Part shown: positions 58,305 through 64,000 of the stretch, in pieces | Layout of the letters: each line of letters begins with the position of its first letter | Numbering within the stretch: position 1 is the first letter of the stretch | From: an uncultured Dehalococcoidaceae bacterium | GTDB lineage: Bacteria > Chloroflexota > Dehalococcoidia > Dehalococcoidales > RBG-16-60-22 | DNA: 64,000 nt | Reading direction: 5' to 3' | NCBI GenBank assembly: GCA_964422155.1 | Contig: CAYQZZ010000004.1 | Span: 1,749 to 65,748, forward strand | Position numbers and translations under genes: made by a program | The notes under the pieces: generated by a model | What the model was told of the DNA's origin: nothing | Database searches by the model: none | Seen by the model: the letters and a program-made list of their open reading frames with translations, nothing else

Positions 58305-59639
58305 ATGGCAAAAACCTGGGGGGAGTTATCTCCGGATGAAAAGCGGGAAGAACGCTTCAAGCGCTGGCTTTCTCCCTCGGGTATTGCTTTCTCCAGCCCG
58401 CAGACCGGGAAAGCTTATAAGGAGAGGGTAACCAGGTTATCCAGAGCCTTTCAGTTGAAAAAGCCTGATAGGGTACCCTGTATCCTGCCGGCGGGTAATT
58501 ACCCGGCCTACTATGCCGGGACAGACCTCCATACCGTCATGTATGACTACGATGAACTGAAACGTGCCTGGCTAAAATTCCTTCACGACTTTGATAAGGA
58601 TATGGACACCTATACCCCTCCCGGTATGGTCCCCCCGGCTAGAGCCCTGGAGGCTGTGGACTATAAGCTGTATAAATGGCCCGGCCACGGGATAGCTGGT
58701 AATACGACGTCATATCAGTGCGTTGAAGCCGAATGGATGAAAGCCGACGAGTACGATGCCCTCATCAAAGACCCCTCCGACTTCTGGCTGCGTACCTATA
58801 TGCCGCGGGTCTTCGGCGCTTTTAAAGCATTCCAGCAGCTCCCGCCCCTGACCAGCTTCGAAGAAATCGCCATCCAATCTTTCGTACCCTTCGGACTTCC
58901 GGATGTTCAGGCCGGATTCCAGGCTTTGCTGGAGGCCGGTAGGGAAAGCCTGCGATGGATAGCCGTAGTCGGTGCCGTCGCCGGTGAGGCGATGGCGGCG
59001 GGATTCCCCGGTATCCTGGGCGGCATGGCCAAGGCCCCGTTCGACACCCTCGGGGATACCCTGCGGGGTACTCAGGGGATAATGATGGACATGTTCCAGA
59101 GGCCGGATAAACTTCACGAGGCCATGGAAAGAATCGCCCCACTGACCATCAAATCGGCCATATCCTCGGCCGACGGCGGCGCCGCGCCTTTGGTATTCAT
59201 GCCCCTGCATAAGGGTGCTGATAGCTTCATGTCCGTCAAACAGTACGAGACCTTCTACTGGCCCACCTTTAAAAAGGTCGTCATGGCCCTGGTCAATGAA
59301 GGTATCGTGCCGATACTGTTCGCCGAGGGCAGCTATAACAAGCGCCTCGATATTATCGGCGATTTCCCGAAAGGCTCGGTAGCCTGGTATTTCGACCAGA
59401 CCGATATCTTCAGGGCTAAAGAGGTGCTCGGGGATACCTGCTGCATTATCGGCAACATACCTACCTCATTGCTGATGACGGGTACGCCGCTGCAGGTCAA
59501 GGAACACTGCCGCAAGCTCATCGAGGGCTGCGGCAAAGGCGGGGGTTATGTACTGGCCGGCGGCGCTCAGATTGATGAGGGTAATCCGGAAAATCTACGC
59601 GCCATGATGGCTGCCGCGAAAGAATACGGCGTATATTAA
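58305..59639 (+). CDS. UroD/MtaA-superfamily methyltransferase paralog 1
   Basis: 444 aa. Start MAKTWGELSPDEKREERFKRWLSP lies 1 nt after the corrinoid gene stop. The track start at 58191 overlaps that gene. Shares PFDxxGDxLRG and MPLHKG motifs with paralogs 2-4. Confidence 0.8.
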   Translation: MAKTWGELSPDEKREERFKRWLSPSGIAFSSPQTGKAYKERVTRLSRAFQLKKPDRVPCILPAGNYPAYYAGTDLHTVMYDYDELKRAWLKFLHDFDKDMDTYTPPGMVPPARALEAVDYKLYKWPGHGIAGNTTSYQCVEAEWMKADEYDALIKDPSDFWLRTYMPRVFGAFKAFQQLPPLTSFEEIAIQSFVPFGLPDVQAGFQALLEAGRESLRWIAVVGAVAGEAMAAGFPGILGGMAKAPFDTLGDTLRGTQGIMMDMFQRPDKLHEAMERIAPLTIKSAISSADGGAAPLVFMPLHKGADSFMSVKQYETFYWPTFKKVVMALVNEGIVPILFAEGSYNKRLDIIGDFPKGSVAWYFDQTDIFRAKEVLGDTCCIIGNIPTSLLMTGTPLQVKEHCRKLIEGCGKGGGYVLAGGAQIDEGNPENLRAMMAAAKEYGVY

Positions 59640-59778
59640 GAAGAAATAACCAGATCTCAAGGTACAATAACCAAACTTCTTGGTCATTAATTATTGAATA
59701 TTGGAATTTGTTTGGTGCTTGTATCTTGGTTATTGGTTATTCCTTACACAGCTAGCAATAAAACGTGAGGCAACGGTA
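59640..59778 (+). promoter_or_regulatory. Conserved structured intergenic element, copy IG1
   Basis: Block A aaataaccagatctcaaggtacaataaccaa. Block B ttggtcattaattattgaatattggaatttgtttggtgcttgtatcttggttattggttatt. 59690..59742 is identical to 61195..61247 (53 of 53 nt). Confidence 0.6.
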
Positions 59779-61122
59779 ATGGAAGGGGTAAATAACTGGG
59801 AAAAACTGACCTGGCAAGAGAAGCGTGAAGAACGGTTCAAGCGGTGGCTTTCTCCCTCAGGGGTGAAATTCAGCAGCCCGGAAGCCGCGAAAAAATATAA
59901 AGCCCGCGCCACCCGGATGATGAAAGCCATCAAGATGGAGATGCCGGACCGCGTTCCGGTTCATTTAGCCACCGGTTCTATCGTCGCCTACAACGCCGGG
60001 TTAACACTTCAAGACGTCCTCTATGACTATGACAAGATAAAGCCCGCCTGGATAAAATTTCTTAATGACTACGACCAGGACTCGGCTGACAGCCCCGGAT
60101 TTTTCTCAGGCAGGGTCTATGAAATCCTTGACTATAAAGTGAACAAGTGGCCGGGGCACGGCCTGCCGTCCAATCAGACGATGCAGCAGTTCGTGGAAAA
60201 AGAATACATGCAGGCGGATGAGTATGACCTTTACATGAAAAACCAGTTCGACTACGGTGCGCGGTACCTGCTGCCGCGCATGTGGGGTATCTTTGAGCCA
60301 CTGGCAAATGCCCCGCCGTTTACCTCTTACCAGGGGCTGCCACAGCAGCTCATGATGATGTGCCAGGACCCGGCTTTCCAGAGACTCTTCAAGGCTATCT
60401 GGAAGGCCAGCCGGGAAAACGTTAAGTGGCAAAAAGTCGGCGACGATTGCCGCCAGATTTCTCTGGAAATGGGTTTTCCTCCCTTGATGGGTGGCATGGC
60501 GCTGGCGCCTTTTGATACCATTGCCGATATGCTAAGGGGTACCTACGGTTCTGTTATGGACATGTACCGGCAGCCGGAAAAACTGCTCGAAGCTCTGGAA
60601 GTAATTACGGAGCGGAGTTTAGAATCGGCCGTGAATATGGTCAATATGTCTCGCAGCCCGATAGTATTTGTCCCGATGCACAAGGGCGATGACAGTTTTA
60701 TGTCCGTCAAGCAGTTCGAAAAGTTCTACTGGCCCACGTTCCGTAAGCTCCTCCTGGGCTGTATTAACGAGGGCTGCGTGCCGATGATGGTTATCGATGG
60801 CAGCTATAATAGTGCCCGCCTGGAAATTATCAAGGAACTGCCCCGGACATCGGTCGTGTGGACCATGGAGAAGACGGATATGTTCAAGGCCAAGGAAATC
60901 CTGGGCAATTCCGCCTGTATTGCCGGCAATGTCACCGCGGCGCAGCTTTATACGCAGACTCCGCAGGTCATTAAAGAGTACTGCCGCAGGCTCATTGAAG
61001 TCTGCGGTAAAGGCGGCGGTTATATCCTGTCGCTTGGCTCCGGCATTGATAAGTGCAACCCGGCAAACCTGCATGCCATTATTGACGCTGCCAGGGAATA
61101 CGGCATCTATAAGAAGAAATAA
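59779..61122 (+). CDS. UroD/MtaA-superfamily methyltransferase paralog 2
   Basis: 447 aa, start MEGVNNWEKLTWQEKREERFKRWLSP with GTGAGG upstream. Confidence 0.8.
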   Translation: MEGVNNWEKLTWQEKREERFKRWLSPSGVKFSSPEAAKKYKARATRMMKAIKMEMPDRVPVHLATGSIVAYNAGLTLQDVLYDYDKIKPAWIKFLNDYDQDSADSPGFFSGRVYEILDYKVNKWPGHGLPSNQTMQQFVEKEYMQADEYDLYMKNQFDYGARYLLPRMWGIFEPLANAPPFTSYQGLPQQLMMMCQDPAFQRLFKAIWKASRENVKWQKVGDDCRQISLEMGFPPLMGGMALAPFDTIADMLRGTYGSVMDMYRQPEKLLEALEVITERSLESAVNMVNMSRSPIVFVPMHKGDDSFMSVKQFEKFYWPTFRKLLLGCINEGCVPMMVIDGSYNSARLEIIKELPRTSVVWTMEKTDMFKAKEILGNSACIAGNVTAAQLYTQTPQVIKEYCRRLIEVCGKGGGYILSLGSGIDKCNPANLHAIIDAAREYGIYKKK

Positions 61123-61284
61123 CCAAATCTCAAGGTACAATAACCAGACAATAACCAATAACCAAATTTAAATAATCAAGCTTTTTGGTCATTGATTATT
61201 GAATATTGGAATTTGTTTGGTGCTTGTATCTTGGTTATTGGTTATTCTTTACCAGAGCTCGCAATGAAACGTGAGGCAACGGCA
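61123..61284 (+). promoter_or_regulatory. Conserved structured intergenic element, copy IG2
   Basis: Same A and B blocks, plus extra aataacca boxes (acaataaccagacaataaccaataaccaaa). Confidence 0.6.
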
Positions 61285-62625
61285 ATGGAACGTGTAAATA
61301 ATTGGGAAAAACTGTCCCGGGGGGAGAGGCGGGAGGAGCGGTTCCGGCGGTGGCTTTCACCCGATGTTAAATTCAACAGTCCACAGGCTAGGAAACTCTA
61401 TAAAGAGCGAGTCACGAGATTTATCAAGGCCATCAAGCTGGAAGAGCCTGACCGCGTCCCGGTTATGCTGCCGGTGGAATATTACCCGGCCTACTATGCC
61501 GGCGGTAATCTCAAGAAGGTCATGTATGATTACGATGAGTTGAAGCGCGCCTGGCTGAAATTTATAGAAGAATTCGATATGGATTCGTTCAACAGTCCCA
61601 GCCTTGTCTTTCCCGGTAAAGTGCTGGACATGATTGACTATAAAATACAGAAATGGCCCGGGCATGGCCTCGCTGATGATGCCCCGTCACACCAGTTTAT
61701 CGAAGGCGAGTATATGCCGCCCGGGGAATATGATGCCCTTATCAAAGACCCGGCTGATTATCTTCTCAGGTACTTTTTACCCCGCTCCAATGGCGCTTTA
61801 AGGAGCTTCAGTAAGCTTAGCCCGATAACACCCTTTGTCGGTATACCGGTCTTCTACATAGCAAATTTCGGCGACCCTGATATACGTGCGGCGTACCTGA
61901 AGCTTCTGGAGGCCGGCCAGGAATGTATAAAGTGGATGGCCGCCGTCGGTGAAGTCAGCCAGGCGTCGCTGGCGGCCGGATTCCCCACCGTGTGGGGCGG
62001 CATGTCCGGGGCGCCCTTTGATATGATTGGCGATTGGCTGAGAGGCACCCAGGGCATAATGATGGACATGTTCCAGCGGCCGGATAAGCTCCACGAGGCC
62101 ATGGAAAGGCTGGTGCCCATAGCTATTGATGAAACGGTCAGCTCGGCAAACGCCTCCGGCTGCCCGATTATCTTCATGCCGCTGCATAAGGGGACCGGCG
62201 GTTTCATGTCCAACAGGCAGTTCGAGACTTTCTACTGGCCAACTCTTAAGAAAGTTATGATGGGTCTGATTAACGAGGGCCTCGTGCCCATGCCTTTTGC
62301 GGAAGGCAACTATGAGCCCCGCTTGGAGATTATCAGAGAGATGCCTATGGGCTCGGTGATATGGTTTTTCGAACAGATGGATATGGCCCATGCCAAGAGG
62401 GTTCTCGGTGGTAATGCCTGTATCGCCGGTAATTTACCTGCCTCGGTACTGTGCACGGGCACGCCACAGCAGGTCAAGGATTATTGCCGTAAGCTCATCG
62501 AGGTCTGCACGCCGGGCGGCGGTTATATACTGACGGCTGCCGTGCACATGGATAAAGGTAACCCGGACAACCTGCGCGCCATGATGGAAGCGGCTAAAGA
62601 GTATGGGGTGTATAAGGAGAAATAA
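61285..62625 (+). CDS. UroD/MtaA-superfamily methyltransferase paralog 3
   Basis: 446 aa, start MERVNNWEKLSRGERREERFRRWLSP, chosen by analogy with paralog 2. Confidence 0.8.
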   Translation: MERVNNWEKLSRGERREERFRRWLSPDVKFNSPQARKLYKERVTRFIKAIKLEEPDRVPVMLPVEYYPAYYAGGNLKKVMYDYDELKRAWLKFIEEFDMDSFNSPSLVFPGKVLDMIDYKIQKWPGHGLADDAPSHQFIEGEYMPPGEYDALIKDPADYLLRYFLPRSNGALRSFSKLSPITPFVGIPVFYIANFGDPDIRAAYLKLLEAGQECIKWMAAVGEVSQASLAAGFPTVWGGMSGAPFDMIGDWLRGTQGIMMDMFQRPDKLHEAMERLVPIAIDETVSSANASGCPIIFMPLHKGTGGFMSNRQFETFYWPTLKKVMMGLINEGLVPMPFAEGNYEPRLEIIREMPMGSVIWFFEQMDMAHAKRVLGGNACIAGNLPASVLCTGTPQQVKDYCRKLIEVCTPGGGYILTAAVHMDKGNPDNLRAMMEAAKEYGVYKEK

Positions 62626-62797
62626 TCAAATCTCAAGGTACAATAACCAAGATACAAGATACAATAACCAAACAATGAACAATAACTAAATTCTAATAAC
62701 CAAACGAGTTTGTAGCGTTTGGTCATTGGATATTGAAATTTGTTTGGAATTTGTATCTTGGTTATTGGTTATTTAGATTAAAAGGGGGTATTTGAAT
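62626..62797 (+). promoter_or_regulatory. Conserved structured intergenic element, copy IG3
   Basis: The 16-nt aataaccaagatacaa is perfectly complementary to ttgtatcttggttatt, and ccaaacaa to ttgtttgg. Five aataacYa boxes are present. Confidence 0.6.
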
Positions 62798-64000
62798 ATG
62801 GCTAAAACTAAGAAATGGGAAAAGCTGACCTGGCAGGAAAAACGCGAAGAGCGCTTTAAAAGATGGCTTTCACCGCCGGACGTGAAATTCGTCAGCAAGG
62901 AAGCTGAAAAGCTCTACAAGCAAAGGGTGACCAGGTTTATCAAGGCCATCAAGCTGGAAGAGCCCGACCGCGTGCCGGTGATGCTGCCGACCGGTAATTA
63001 CCCGGCTTACTGGGCAGGGGCGAACTTCCGGACGTTAATGTATGACTATAAAAAGGCGCACCAGATATGGATAAAATACATGGAAGCTTTCGGGGACATG
63101 GATATATTTAACGGGCCCGGTCTCGTCCCTTCGGGGAAGATAGCGGAAGTCGTTACTTCCAAGCTCCAGAAACTGCCCGGCCTGGGCTTGCCCGATGACG
63201 CCTCGATGAACCAGTTCGTCGAGGGCGAATACATGATGGCCGATGAGTACGACCTTCTGATGATGGACCCCACCGACTACAACCTGAGAGTCATGCTGCC
63301 CCGCACCACTCCCCTCTTTGAATCATTCAAGAAGCTGCCGCCCATCCGCTCCCTCATGGGCACATCGTGGGTTGCCGTACTCTCTGACCCGAAAATACGC
63401 AAGACGTTCCAGGCCCTCATGGACCTGTCCGATGAACACAAACGATGGCAGAGAGCTAACATGAGGATTAACAAATACATCAGGTCACAGGGATATCCTT
63501 CCTTATTCGGCGGCGGCCCCATGGCCGGGGCGCCCTTCGACCACTTTGCCGATGCCCTGCGGGGAACTCATGGCGTCGTCATGGACATGTACCGCCAGCC
63601 GAAGAAGCTGCATGAGGCCATGGAATTCTGGTTGAACATGATGATTGAAACATCTATCAAGAATTTCCCGATGACAAATAGCCCTATTTGCATGATGCCT
63701 CTGCACAAGGGTGATGATACCTTTATGTCCGATAAACAGTTCGAGGAATTCTACTGGCCTTATCTGCGGGGGGTCTTCATGGCCATGATTAACGAGGGTC
63801 TTGTGCCGATGCCGTTCGCCGAGGGCCGGTACAATAACCGCCTCAAGCAGATTGCGGATACGCCCAGGAGCGGCGTCGTCTGGTACTTCGACCAGACGGA
63901 TATGGCCCAGGCGAAAAAAATTATCGGCGATATCTGCTGTATTGCCGGCAACGTGCCCACCTCGGTGGTGATGACCGGCACCGTCAAGCAGGTGAAAGAG
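62798..64000 (+). CDS. UroD/MtaA-superfamily methyltransferase paralog 4 (3' end off the window)
   Basis: Absent from the track because there is no stop in the window. ATG at 62798 after AAAGGGGG. My translation MAKTKKWEKLTWQEKREERFKRWLSPPDVKF...PFDHFADALRGTHGVVMDMYRQP...MMPLHKGDDTFMS... stays open to 64000. Confidence 0.78.
   Translation, partial: MAKTKKWEKLTWQEKREERFKRWLSPPDVKFVSKEAEKLYKQRVTRFIKAIKLEEPDRVPVMLPTGNYPAYWAGANFRTLMYDYKKAHQIWIKYMEAFGDMDIFNGPGLVPSGKIAEVVTSKLQKLPGLGLPDDASMNQFVEGEYMMADEYDLLMMDPTDYNLRVMLPRTTPLFESFKKLPPIRSLMGTSWVAVLSDPKIRKTFQALMDLSDEHKRWQRANMRINKYIRSQGYPSLFGGGPMAGAPFDHFADALRGTHGVVMDMYRQPKKLHEAMEFWLNMMIETSIKNFPMTNSPICMMPLHKGDDTFMSDKQFEEFYWPYLRGVFMAMINEGLVPMPFAEGRYNNRLKQIADTPRSGVVWYFDQTDMAQAKKIIGDICCIAGNVPTSVVMTGTVKQVKE

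Noticed and set aside
59701-59778. Hydrophobic N-terminal extensions of methyltransferase paralogs 2 and 3 (track starts 59701 and 61192), which could have been signal peptides.
   Set aside because: The 53-nt segment identical between the two spacers is read in different frames in the two ORFs, so the conservation is at nucleotide level. GTGAGG plus ATG further downstream gives N-termini colinear with paralogs 1 and 4.
59640-62797. A CRISPR-like array, suggested by the repeated aataacca / ttggttat motifs.
   Set aside because: The repeats are 8-9 nt long, irregularly spaced, in both orientations, and separated by whole genes. There is no 25-40 nt repeat/spacer periodicity and there are no cas genes.

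Overview
The window looks like the replication-origin region of an anaerobic Chloroflexota (Dehalococcoidia-like) chromosome. That taxonomy is inferred from gene content and from the fmt / dnaA-obg-nadD arrangement; it is not verified. Genes left of about 10.2 kb are almost all on the minus strand: partial AOR, gyrA, lysC, apgM, mazG and fmt. dnaA, obg and nadD then run on the plus strand, so the origin probably lies at 10.0-12.1 kb. The rest of the window is housekeeping genes (archease-rtcB, tatD, recN, a beta-CASP RNase, LOG) mixed with accessory or catabolic blocks. (1) A RelE/RHH toxin-antitoxin islet sits in the 3' end of tRNA-Pro, bounded by a 25-nt direct repeat. (2) A paaK-marR-porGDAB cluster is followed by a Tat-less molybdopterin oxidoreductase, an FeS subunit and an NrfD-like anchor, resembling the anaerobic phenylacetate (pad) pathway. 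(3) A CotH-VTC-DUF4956 module. (4) An AprAB-like flavoprotein with three SDRs and two IclR regulators, one carrying an in-frame amber codon. (5) A corrinoid protein followed by four tandem UroD/MtaA-family methyltransferase paralogs; the last runs off the window. The non-coding signals I rate highest are these. Structured intergenic elements between the methyltransferase paralogs are better conserved than the genes themselves. An octamer-phased repeat (unit about GCATTTAC) recurs in at least five short intergenic regions. A promoter followed by two terminators forms a leader or sRNA candidate upstream of an AT-rich orphan gene. Two families of nested-palindrome intergenic repeats are present. 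A small ORF after rtcB is interrupted by an in-frame TAG. I saw no CRISPR array, transposase, integrase, rRNA or reductive dehalogenase. All calls come from reading the sequence and ORF track by eye; no searches or statistics were run.
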